A DNA stretch of 64,000 nucleotides from the human T2T-CHM13v2.0 reference genome, Homo sapiens. Under the pieces are notes generated by a model. It was not told the origin of the DNA. It searched no databases and worked only from the letters and a program-made list of their open reading frames with translations. The stretch is from the NCBI RefSeq assembly GCF_009914755.1, contig NC_060926.1. One strand, written 5' to 3'. The translations under genes were made by a program, and so were the position numbers. Shown in pieces: positions 13,901 through 29,428 of the stretch (the stretch's first letter is position 1; every line of letters starts with the position of its first letter).

Positions 13901-15909
13901 CTAGACACATTTATCTGTGGGTTAAAAGGAGCTTGTCTTATTCTCAGTTCCCTCTCTGACTCTCTACCTGAACTTTAACATTGTTTTCTTTTCCTGTGTC
14001 TTGGTTTCCACATTTATAAGCTAGACTTGTACCAAGAAGAAACCAATACATAATTGGAAAAAGAAAATGCTATGTAAATAATATTAGAGGTTCTCCTGCT
14101 GTTTGCTTGACAGCAGTTCACTTGGAAGGTTCAAGATCCTTTTGATCTTAGATGAGAGGCACCAGCTGCTGAGAGAGATGAAGTCTGATTTAATCCAGAG
14201 TTAACCTTCCAGAATATCTTTGTCAATAATTTGTGATGCTTCTTTGTAGTCTAAATTCAGGATAAAGGAGGAGAATATGATTTGTGGAATTGGTAATCAC
14301 TATAAACTATAATTTCTGATCAAACCGTTTTATTTTGTGTTGTTTATGTTTCCCACATACGCCCTTCTGCGCAGACTCAAGAAACCAGTATCTGGACAGA
14401 TACTTAGGAACTCGCAAAGGCCTTTTATCCTGACTATTTAAGCAAAAATAAACGATAGCTCAAGATATCAGAAGCTACACAAAATTCAGAATGGAAAGTA
14501 TGTCCAGCACTTTTGACTCCTGATTTTGAGAGGCTTTAAGATAATGTCGCTCCACAGAGCCAATATGGAGAAAGGCTCATTTTGGTTGGGGGGGGTGGTG
14601 GGGGGTCACAAAACGTACTTACTGGACTACATACAACTGTCTCCCTGCAATCCTCCCTCACGTCTCCACAGCCAGATTGGAGCAGCCTGTGGAAAAAATT
14701 CCTGTCTATTTTCAGAAACAGATAAAAGCATTCAGATTATGCAGTACAAATCTCAGCCTGAAAGCAGCTGGAAAAATCTGTTTCTTGCCACTGTCACTGA
14801 CCCCCCTGACCCTTGCAAGTAATGACATTCAGGCCTGCTTCTCCCTCCTCCCTTCTCCCTCCTCCTCCCTCCCAGTACAGACTGACCCATCCACTGCACA
14901 TCTGGTCCTTGTCTACATTGTCAGAGCATTTATCCCTCAGAGAGCTAGAGACAGTGGAACAGGAATTAAGTTTTCTTGCGATTGAAAAAAAAATTATCAA
15001 GTGGTTCAAGGAGAAGATAGTGTTAAATCCATATCTCCTATCTGGATTTGTGAGGAGCATATTTGCAACACTGCCTGGTCCTCTGCTCTATACTCAGGGG
15101 TCACAGGGCAGGAGGCTCAATCTCAGGCAGGCACACAGGCTTCATTTGCCAAGATCCTCTCCTGGGTAGGACAGTATTCTACCCCGGGTAGAGCTGCTTA
15201 AGACCAGATATCTCCCTGTCCTGATCTCTCATAAGCACATGAGGTTTGGGAACACTGAAGAGTTCATCAAACTGGATCTCTGGTGCAGGATTAGCTCTGG
15301 CTTTAGAGAAAAGCCTGGACATCTCTACTGTCTAGGACATTCATGTTTGCAATAAATCATTTACGGTCTGAAGATACAAAATTGTAAACACAATAAAACA
15401 AGCTTATGCTTAGTGCATTGGGGAGCAAATGTCAGTCACGCACACTTGGGAGGATCACTCCCTTAGTTTTTCATCTGGGAGGTATTAGGGGCCTCAGGCC
15501 TCAATACTGAAAATATGTCTTTCCTTCCAGAATGCTTTCTGCTTAGCATTCCTCACTGAACAATTCATTAGGCACAGAACTCCTCCTACAGAAGCACTTG
15601 TCTCCCCAAGCCCCTCAAGGCAATGGGTTCACCATCCAAATAGAAGCCAAATAAAGCCAGCCGCCAATGGAGACAAACAGGATGACTCTTCTCAGGAGAA
15701 TAAGATGCGTCTCTTTCCCTCCTCCCTGGTTTCCTCCTCCATCAAGCAAAAGCCTTTTCAAGAGGGAACGAAAGCTTGTCTGTCTGGCAGGTGGATGGAG
15801 CCAGTCACTGCAGCAAAAAGGGCTTCTCAGAATGGAGAGACAGCATACAGGAGCAGAGCCACAGGCTGAAAATGTCCCAGTGTGCAGACAACCCTAAGAA
15901 GGATGTGGA

Positions 15910-16191
15910 GTCCGGGCACAGTGGCTCATGCCTGTAATCCTAGCACTTTGGAGGCCAAAGGGGGCAGATCACCTGAGGTCAGGAGTTCGAGACCAGCCTG
16001 GCCAACATGGCAAAACCCCATGTCTACTAAAAATACAAAAATTAGCCGGGCAAGGTGGTGGGTGCTACTCGGGTGGCTGAGGCAGGAGAATCGCTTGAAC
16101 CCAGGAGGCGGAGGTTGCAGTCAGCCGATATCACACCATTGCACTCCAGCTTGGGCAACAGAGTGAGACACCATCTCACACACAAAAAAAA
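15910..16191 (+). mobile_element. AluS (small internal deletion)
   Basis: Dimeric Alu; TSD AAGGATGTGGA / AAGGATATGGA. Confidence 0.9.
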
Positions 16192-16399
16192 GGATATGGA
16201 CACAGCAAGAGAACATAAGAGACCTTGCCAAGCCCTACCAAGGCTCAACAACATTTCTGTTTCTCTACTTTTACATTGAAGGCTCATGTTCTGTGAGACA
16301 AGAGCCAAGGATCAGTGTGGATAATGGTTATGATGTTTAATAAAAAGCAATGACTGAGTGCTAGCTAGAAGAAGAGAGAAATCATAGCTTGAATCATAC

Positions 16400-16760
16400 C
16401 ATCCAGTTAATGTGAATATCTTTGAATGTCTCATATACCTCCAGACTTCTGCTCAAGTTGACCCCACTGCCTAGATGGCTCTTCCCCCACCTTCTCCACC
16501 TGTCAAACTCCTAGTCATCCTTAGAAGCCCAATTCCAATGTCTCCTCTTCTGTAAGACCTTCCCGTCTTCCTTCAGTCAGAATAAACCACTCCTGCCCTT
16601 GCTTTCAAACAGAACCACCTCTCTCCACGGTGGCATTTACTGTCTTCTCGCTTGTGTTCTAGTTAGCGCAATGGGCCTGTGTCTTCCAACGGGGAATGAG
16701 CACCTTGAGGACACAGCCAATGTCTTACTGGTGTTTTCCCACCATTCCCAGCTGAAACCT
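16400..16760. mobile_element. L2 3' fragment
   Basis: CTCCTAGTCATCCTTAGAAGCCCAATTCCAATGTCTCCTCTTCTGTAAGACCTTCCC...GAGCACCTTGAGGACACAG, typical of L2. Confidence 0.6.
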
Positions 16761-16869
16761 TAGCGTTAAAAGTGCGTCTCAGATTGTAACATCTCACTTA
16801 GGGTCACAGTAGAGTCCCAAATGCTAGCTTCAGTTCAGTGCAGTGAAGTTTAAAGGTCTCTCCGCATTC

Positions 16870-18250
16870 CTTTTTAAAAAAATTTTTTGAGATAATATTC
16901 ACATAACATTCGACTATTTTGAAGTGTACAGTTCCGTGGTTTTTAGTATATTCACAAAGTTGTGCAGCCATCATTAATATCTAATTCCAGAAGATTTTCA
17001 TCACATCAAAATGAAAGTTCTTCATCCCCCTTCCCCTCATTAGCTCCTCATCCCTTTCTCCCCAGCCCTCACACCTAGGGAATCACTAACCTGCTTTCTG
17101 TCTCTACAGATTTGCCTATTCTGGACATTTCATATAAGTGTAATTACACAATATGTGGCCTTTTGCATCTGGCTTCTTCACTTAGCATAATGTTTTTAAG
17201 TATCATTTACGTTGCAGCATGTATCAGTACTTCATTTCTTTTTATGATCAAATAATATCCCGTTGTATGGCTAGACTGCATTTTGCATATACCTTCATCA
17301 GTTGATGAACTTTTAGATTGTTTCCACTTGTTGGCTGTTACGAATCATGCTGCTGTGAACACTCATGTACAGGTTTATGTGCAGACATATGTTTTCAATT
17401 CTCCTGTGTATACACTTAGGAGTGGAAGTGTTGGGTTATTGGTAATTCTATGTTTAGCTTTTTGAGGAACTGCCAAACTATTTTCCATAGCAGCTGTGCC
17501 ATTTTACATTCCACTAGCAGTATATGAGGGTTCTAATTTCTTCACATCATCACCAATTCTTGTGACTTTCTGTTTATTTTTTATTTTTATTATAGTTATT
17601 GTAATGGGTGTAAAGTAGTATCTTATTTTGATTTTTTATTGCATTTTTCACTAATGACTAATGATGTTAAGAATATTTTCATGTGTTTATTGGCCATTCA
17701 TATATTGGCCATTTGTATATCTTCTTAGAGAAATGCCTATTCAAGTCATTTGCCCATATCTAAATTGTGTTGTATGTCTTACTGTTGTTGAGTTGTAGAA
17801 GTTATTTATATATTCAACATACTAGACTCTTATCAGACTTACAAGTATTTTCTCCAATTCTGTGGGTTGCCTCTTCTCCTTTTTGGTAGTGGCCTTTGAT
17901 TCACAAAAGTCTTTAATTTTGATAAAGTCCAATTTCTCTACTTTCTTGGTTTTATTTTTATTTATTTATTTTTTTGTTTTTGCACGTGCTCTAGTGCCAT
18001 ATCTAAGAAACCATTGCCTAATACAAGGTCATGAAGATGTATAGCTCTGTTTCCTTCTAACAGTTTTATAGTTTTAGCTCTGCTGTTTGACTCTTCGATT
18101 TATTGTGAATTAATTATCGTATACAAAGTGAGATGAGGGGTTCACATTTATTCTGTTGTATGTGGATATCCAGTGGTCTCAGCACCATTTGGTGAAAAGA
18201 CCCATCTTTTTCTATTGAATGATCATGGCACTCTTGTTAAAAATCAATTA
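16870..18250 (-). mobile_element. L1MB-like 3' region
   Basis: Antisense L1 3' end: AAGTGTACAGTTC...TTTGCCTATTCTGGACATTTCATATAA...TTTTTGAGGAACTGCCAAAC...CAGCACCATTTGGTGAAAAGAC. Confidence 0.85.
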
Positions 18251-18456
18251 TTTATTATTTTTAAACTGTTACCTTCTTGTATGTATCTCTTGAAATAAAC
18301 TCATTGGTTCATTCCTCAGATACAGAAAACTTGATAATACTAAGTTTTTTTAAAAATATAGCAATTACATTTACCTGAGTTCTTCATACACACCTCAGAA
18401 TTCATCCAGGAAAAGTTAACAACATCCAAGCATTTTCACAAATAGAAATTGCCTGG

Positions 18457-18927
18457 AGCTGGACATGGTGGCTCAGACCTGTAATCCCTGTGCTTTAGGA
18501 GAAGAAGTGGGAGTTTGGCTTGAGGCCAGGAATTTGAGACCAACTTGGGCAACAAAGCAAGACCCAGTCTCTACAAATAAATAAATAATAAATAAATAAA
18601 AATACAGGCATTTGCCTGTAGTTTCAGCTACTCAGGAGGCTGAAGCAAGAGGATTGCTTGAGCCCAGGAGTTCAAGGTTACAGTGAGCTATGATCGCTCC
18701 GCTGCATTCTACTCCGACTGTGCTGTCAGAGAGAGAGGCTTCTCTAGCAGCGCTGGATAATTAAAAGGACTGAAAGGATAGTTAGGCATGGTGGTGTGCA
18801 CCCATCATCCTAGCTACTCAGAAGACTGAGGTGGAAGGATCCCTCAAGCTCAGGAGTTCCAGGCTACAGTGAGCTATGATGGCACCACTTCACTCTATCT
18901 GGATGACAGAGCAAGCCACTGTCTCTA

Positions 18928-18966
<39 letters not shown>

Positions 18967-18968
18967 AT
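18457..18968 (+). mobile_element. AluJ (3'-truncated at ~18712) followed by an Alu right monomer (~18779-18968) with a (TAAA)10 tail
   Basis: Two diverged Alu pieces; the second is flanked by GGACTGAAAGGA / GGACGGAAAGGA. Confidence 0.85.
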
Positions 18969-20009
18969 GGACGGAAAGGAGTGGATCCTGGTCTCAGACA
19001 CTAAAACAGCTTTCGTTTTTAAAAGCACCAGGGAGCTGAAAGATAGTTTTTCTTAAACTCACTCTGCTTGTTTCCTTTCCGGCTGGTCTTGGCTAACACT
19101 TTTTCCCCTGTCTCAAGCATCCTTTATCCCATCTCATCGCACCCCATCCTCTCCAACCCCACTTCGCCCATCTCTGTCTTGCTAACCCCCCACCTCATGC
19201 CATCTCTGAATGTCCAGGGTGGGCCAGAACCTTCTTGATGTTTCCCAGAGTGTAATGCCAGATTTCAGTCTTGGGACTTAGCACATTTCTATAGGGAAGA
19301 ATTTTGGTTTAATATCTATTTTCCTGCTGGAGAGAAGGCTCCTTGAAACCAGGAACTGTATCTTGTTCATCTTTGTAAGCCGTGGGAGTGGAACGGAGTG
19401 GAGCACTAAAAGACTGCTGAACAGATGTGTAGGTGCACATAGGGTCAACTTACAGAAAAGAATAGTGACTCAAGGATTGGCCCTAAGAAAGAAACTAGAA
19501 AATAGAAAGGAAGAGGAATAAGAGACAACCCTTAATTCCTTCAGGAATTCTTTTTCAACCATCTCCAGGCCACTTGCCTATGCTGAGACTATGTACTGGT
19601 AAACAGCTAGCCTGATCTTTCCTCTCACTATTGTGACACAGCTGAGCATGTGACCAGGCCTGGCTGCATGCGCCTTTCTCAAGCAGGCCCTGTGGGGCCA
19701 AGAGGGATGCTATGCTGCTAAAGCATGGAGAAAGGGAAGCTGGGAATCCTGAAGTGATCAGAATAAAGCATTTCCTTTCTTGTTTGCTGCCAGGGTCGTG
19801 GTAACATAAAGGGCTCTATCAGGAAGCCAGCGGCAGCCAGATCATTGGAATTTACCCTGTGGTGGAGCTGGGGATGAGGATGGGAGGATTTGCCTACAAA
19901 CAGCAGATCAAAATAGAAGTAGTAAGAACTAAAATAAAAATATACCCAGAATTTAAGTTTAGGCCAATATGAGGAGGATTTTTTTCTCTTCTTTTTAATA
20001 TTTTTTTCC

Positions 20010-21510
<1,501 letters not shown>

Positions 21511-21666
21511 TTTTTTTTTCTTTGCCAAATCAAAAGTCAGTATAGCACAATTAAGGAAACTTTCTTTTTAATTAAAAAACAATCATAATCGCATAATGTA
21601 ATACAACTATTTTTACACTATTGCATATTTTCTTTTGGTTCTGTTAAAATGTATCACTCATTCTAC

Positions 21667-21814
21667 ATAATTATAATTATTATATATAATTATTATATAT
21701 AATAATTATTATATATAATAATTATATATAATAATTATAATTATTATATATAATAATTATATATAATAATTATAATTATATAATTATTATATATAATAAT
21801 TATAATTATATAAT
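21667..21814. repeat. Pure A/T tract built of palindromic units (TTATTATATATAATAA, TATAATTATA)
   Basis: About 148 nt with no G or C. Confidence 0.95.
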
Positions 21815-21871
21815 GCAATATAATACTTTTTTACTTTATCTTTTTTTACTTTTTTTTTACTTTATCTTTTA

Positions 21872-22177
<306 letters not shown>

Positions 22178-24814
22178 TCATTTTAATTATTTTATCATAA
22201 ACATTTCTATATTTTAACCTTTTTATTATCATTATTTTAATACCTACATAGTGTTCTTAAGGTTCATAGTCATCATACTTTTCCTTGCTGTGCCCCTTTT
22301 GTTCAGCGTTTAGTTTATTATCAATTTTGACTATTAAACAAAATTTAAACAAAATTTAAATGTCAGTCATGAAGCTTTTCTGTTTTTGATTTCTTCCTTA
22401 GTATAAACTCTTTGGAGAGCAACATTAAGCTCAAAGGGTGTGAATATTTTTATGGGTTTTGATATGCATTGTCATTTTATTTTCAAACAGCTTGTAAGAA
22501 TTCACACTGGCATCAGTAATGTATGACTCCAGTGTCACCCACAACCAGACCATCATTGGCCGTCACATTTTAACTTCTCTTAACTTAACAATGTAAATTG
22601 ATGTTTCAATGTTGCTGTAGTCTACATTTATTTAATTATAAAGACAAATTTTTTCTGGGGTTTGTGGGCAATCTATATTTCTTGTTTGTAAATTACTTAT
22701 TCATTTTCTTATTCACCCATTGAAATCTTAATGTTTTATTTTATATTTTTTAATGAGTAATTTTTAAAGTATCAGTACTCTTTACCATAATTGATAAAAA
22801 TATTTCTGCAGACTCTGTTGCCATTTTATATTAGAGTTACCAGTTTTCATTACTTGAAAGCTCTTAAAATATTTATTTGGGCCTGTCAATCTTCATGATT
22901 TATTCTATTGCTCCAAAATTGAGAACCTATTTCTCTATTGATCTGGCTGTTTTATGCTGAATTTTTGTAGTTTTGTCGTATAATTTGTCTATTTATGTAT
23001 AATTCTTAGCCCAATTGCCATTTTCTAGATGATATAAAGAATTGATCTAAACAAAACATTTTCCAAATTTATGACCAGTGATACTCCTAGTTCTCATTAA
23101 ATAATCTTTTCTTACTCTCATATTTATCACATTTTAAATTTATGTAGTGAGAGTGAGTTCTGGATCCTTTTTGTGGTTGTTTCGATATAATTTCCCTTTT
23201 TTTGTGGTAAGAATCACAAAAACATTTTGTTTTAATTATTTCTGTGTGTTTTTCTTGATATCTCTGCTGTTGATTACATTGACTGGCATGCAGTATGTGT
23301 TCAACTGATTTTTACTGACCTGTATCACATTTACAATATATACACATACCTTCTAAGTTTCGATCTTGAGTATTTTTCAATTTAAAAAAATCCATTACTG
23401 GCTGATTGAGTCACACCTAGAAATCTTTTTCTCTGTTATCTCCAGAGCATCTCAATTCCTCCCCACCTTCATTTGTTGCCACATTCTTTTGGGAAGTCTG
23501 AGAAGTTGAGATAGCAGAATGTGCAAGTAGGGAGGCTTCCAGGTTACTTTCTCAACCTAGTCCTTGCAGCATCCCCACCCCCACGAAGCAGGCAATCTCT
23601 TTGCAAGCAGGATGGGGAAGCTCAGAGAATGTCACTGACTTGCTCAGAGTCACACAGCTTGGAGTTATGGTTCAAACTTGGATCACCTGGCTCTGAGTTT
23701 GGTATTCATACACATCGCTGACTTTATAGATCTTAAAGTTTTTTGTCTTAGTTATCTAGGCAGTACAGCTAGTAAGTTAGTGAATATTTTTAGGCCGAAG
23801 GCTGACATAATGAGATTTGTTTGGAAGGGGCATTCTGGCAGAACACCCACAATAAGATGTAAGAGATATAGCACAACTCCCACCTAGAACTATTTCTCAC
23901 CACATCACAGGCTGCAGGTGGAGATGCATGGCAACGTTGAGGGAACTCAGACACCCAATCTGATGCACGGCATACCAGGAGGTGGGGAGGGGATCTGCAG
24001 AGACCTTTCACTGAGTTTTGGCACACAGACTGCTAAAGGAAAGCCTCCGTGGTGGGCTTGAACATGAGCATAGAAGAGCTCTTTTTAAACACAGGCCTTG
24101 AGCTGACTACAGGGGTCACAGGCAGAATAGCAAACAGAGACAAGACTATAAATAGCAGCTGCAGCTGGAAAGCAAAAGACAGGCCTGACCTGTGCATAGT
24201 ATAGAAAGGACCTCAGGCAAGCCATCAGTCTCACCCTATTGCTCCCTCCCCTTGCAGAGGCCCCTCCCCACAACAGGCATCCTCAGCTCCAGCAGAGAAA
24301 GACTATGCATTATCACTGGAAGAGCTGTGAACCTGAACAGATTTCGTCCTCCCCAATCTAAGGAGTTAAAACTTAAAACACGGCGAGTCGACTTCAGATC
24401 TGGGGACAAGGCTCCTCCGAGTCCACCCTGCAGGGCTGTGAGCCGATCCTTTATTTCTGCTTGGTTGTCATTGTTCAGTTCTGTCTGCTTAGCCAGATTG
24501 GAAATGGTTAGCTGGAAAAAATTATGGTGCTGTCTAACATGATGTAACAAGATGTCATCTTCTAGCTCCAACGCATAAAATGGATTTACAGGAAGGAGAG
24601 GAGAAAAAAAAAAAAAGAGCAAAGCCCCAGGGAGCGCTTGACTCAGATAAAAACCACTGGGTTTTGTTTGTGAATGTCTAAAAGCTGCATGTTATTTTAC
24701 TTAGAAGAACATGAGAACAGACTGGCATTTCAGGGGAAACAAAAGTTGTGGGCTACACAGCCCAGAGGAAAAGTGTGCTGAAAAAACTAAAACTAATATT
24801 CATTTCATATTGCA

Positions 24815-25040
24815 CACATATACAAACACACCACAAACCCTATCTACCAATCACACAGACACATAAAATATGTGCCACAAATACCACCCCCGCCCCCAAC
24901 ACACACACAGGGCATACACACAGGAACACATACCACACCCCTTCTAAGCCTCGCCCAGGCATGACATGCACTCACCACCCACACACATTGTCGCATATCC
25001 TCTAGCATCGCCCCAACACCCTTGCCACAGTGACAAATAC
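24815..25040. repeat. CA-rich low-complexity tract
   Basis: Degenerate CACA repeats. Confidence 0.7.
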
Positions 25041-25287
25041 ACTCATTCTTTTTACTCAAGAATCCTTTAATTCCTATATCACTGAGCCATGCAGGTGAGC
25101 ATATATTCTGGGTCTAAGCTTTTCAGAGCTCCCTTTTATGAAGACACATACTGGAAAAGACATAGTGGAAAGAGGGTCAAAGGTTTTGTGGTTCTTTTTA
25201 AATATACAGTGGTTCTAGAAAGGCACATTCTAAGCCAATCCTAATATACTGCAGGGAAGTAACATGAATAAGAAAAGATATAATAGG

Positions 25288-25621
<334 letters not shown>

Positions 25622-25789
25622 TTAGAACTCCATTACTTTCTTTCTACATTTGAAGCAAGTTCTCATGTTGCCTCGGGGGACTGTCAGTGCCTCAATTATA
25701 CACATACACCGAAAATAATGGCATAGAAGGAAAGGGAAAGATTGGGCAACCCATAGTCTTTTTAGACCTTCTTCCCTCATCAGCATGCC

Positions 25790-26525
<736 letters not shown>

Positions 26526-27364
26526 TATCTATCCTTCTTATAAGAATGTCAGCTCCACCTGAGTAAGAGTTTATCTGTTTTACCACTGTTGATAAAACAG
26601 CTCCTATATTAGTGTCGAGAACATAGTAGGCTTTCAATACACAATTTTTGAGTACATAAATGATTGAATAAATTAATGTAAGCCCAAAATGCCATCCCTG
26701 TTCATCTGAAGGCAGAATGAGTCAGAATGCCTGGCACAAACTGCATATTTCATTCTAGAACCAGCCTATTCATTCAATTCCCCTCCAATGAAGTGTTTAT
26801 TCATTCATTTATTCAACACACATTTATGGATCATGTTTTCTGTGCCAGGCAAAGACAAATAAGTCATGGTCCTCAGCTTCAAGGAGATTACTGTCTAAAA
26901 ATGGGAAACACAGTTATAAAGGGCTAAAGGTAATCAAGTGTTAAAAGCAGCTTGAGAGAACTGTATGCAGGGGACGTTGGAACACGGGCCGGTGATGCCT
27001 TGAAGGCTCTGGAAGAATGCTAGGAGGAGGAAACATGGGGTTCCCCACCATGAACCCTGGGCTCCATTACAGCGAGTCTTCTTACTGCCCAGACTATACT
27101 ATACAAAGCCTAGCCCTCCTCACACTCAGGATTCTCAGCGCCACCACCACCACTCGGTATATCTTGTCCTTCCAGGAAGGTCCTCTTCATTTCTCTAAAT
27201 TTCTTTTATCCTCCAAGGACTTTGTGGCTATAACTGGTCTCTCCCTGTAGCTGCACAACTACTAAGCAATTTAGCCCTTGAACATACATTATTTTGAATT
27301 GTTCCATTATTGCATCTATGTATAAATCGTATCCGTTGCCCTCCCCTTTCACATCACGCATGTG

Positions 27365-27374
27365 CGCGCGCGCG

Positions 27375-27426
<52 letters not shown>
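27365..27426. repeat. (CG)9(CA)22 compound microsatellite
   Basis: Counted directly. Confidence 0.98.
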
Positions 27427-27427
<1 letters not shown>

Positions 27428-28107
27428 CAGACTAGGTTGGAAGAACCCGTGTTCTATCATTACATGCAGTGGGTGCTGGGTACATCATGGGTGAAGTCAT
27501 CTGAACTAAAGTGAGAGGCACATGTGGGCCCCACTCTCAAAAACTGTAGGCTATAAAGGCCTCCAGCTCAGATGGTCACTCTTTCAAGAAAGAACAAGTC
27601 AGCTTAGACAAATGTGAGGTCCTTTTCTCCTTCAAGGCGCCATCCAGACAGGGTAGGACCTGGGCTGGGAGGTACAAGGACCTACTATTGCCACCTGGGA
27701 AATGTGAAAAGAGTGAATCCAGGCTCCCAGGCCCTTGTGTCAAGCCACTGCACTAAAACGGAATCATCTGATGCAGATGAAAAAGCAATTAATTAGCTAA
27801 CCAAGAGCTGTTTCTTCTCTGACTAGCCTGGGCAGATGTTCATTCTGGATTCAGCTTTTCCATGACAATCATAAAGAGTGCCAAGACACTGAGTCAGGCT
27901 GGCAGCCGCCTGTGCCTCGGAGTCTTGTATGTCCCCGTCCACTGTGGATAAAATACTGAGCTGCCAATAATGAGAATTTGCTCTGTGCTTCTCCACACAC
28001 TAGGTCACAGTGGCCCAGGGCTTGAGGCTTGAAAATGTGTTTCTTCACATAGTTCAAAGCTGGCCAGCTGATTGGAGGATCTCAACTGATGAAAGAAGGG
28101 ATCCACA

Positions 28108-28490
<383 letters not shown>

Positions 28491-29136
28491 TGAAGTGATG
28501 GAGATAAAACCCTCCAAAGCAGGCTCCATAAGGCCAGTAGATTCAAGATGCAGCTGTGAGCATCAGTGAGTCCATTTCAAATAAACTGAACAAATGTTAT
28601 TTATTGAACACCTACTATGTACCTCACCCGAACCTGTAGGGGAACTCACGTTTGAGCTAGGAAAAATAAGACGATAAGGAGAAGTAGAAGATTTAAGCAA
28701 GAGTGTAGGCTAATAAGTAAGGTGGCAGGCTCTAGACTTGACTGCTGGGTGTGGCACTCCCCAGATGCTTAGCCTTGAGCAAACTAACCCACAGTTTCCT
28801 CATCTGTACAAAGGGGATGATAAATAGTGCTTTCTTTGCAATATTGGGAGAAAGATTAAATAACATATTACACATAAAGCTCTCAGCCTAGTTGAGCTAC
28901 AAGTGGAATATCTATTTGTATCATGATGATGGTGATGATGATGATAATAATGGTGCTGGCGGTGATGAAGATAAAAGGAGAAAGTCATTGACTTTCTGTG
29001 GGGTATGAGAGAAGTTATCTGTTTGTAAATGTATCCTTTTTCCAAACTGGTCTTTTTTTCTTCCACCTCAGAGTGTATATGGGGAGTTATTGTACCTTGT
29101 GGTCACCCAGTGAATACTCATTGGTGATGGAGATTC

Positions 29137-29428
29137 TTTATTTATTTTGAGACAGGATCTTGCTCTGTCACCCAGGCTGGAGTGCAGTGGCAGGATCTTG
29201 GCTCAGTGCAGCATCAACTTCCTAGGCTCAAGAGAACCTCCTACCTCAGCCTCCTGAGTAGCTGGCACCATGGGCACGTGCCACCATGCCAGGCTAATTT
29301 TTTTTCTTATTTTTTGTAGAGACAGCCACCACATTGCCCAGGCTGGTCTCAAACTCCTGGACTCAAGTGGTCTTGCTGTGGCCTCCCAATGTACTGGGAT
29401 TATAAACACGAGCCACCGCACCCAACCA
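29137..29428 (-). mobile_element. AluJ
   Basis: Antisense dimer; flanks share GGAGATTC. Confidence 0.88.

Noticed and set aside
28800-29066. Poly-His ORF
   Set aside because: Degenerate (GAT/GGT)n tract next to a MIR fragment.
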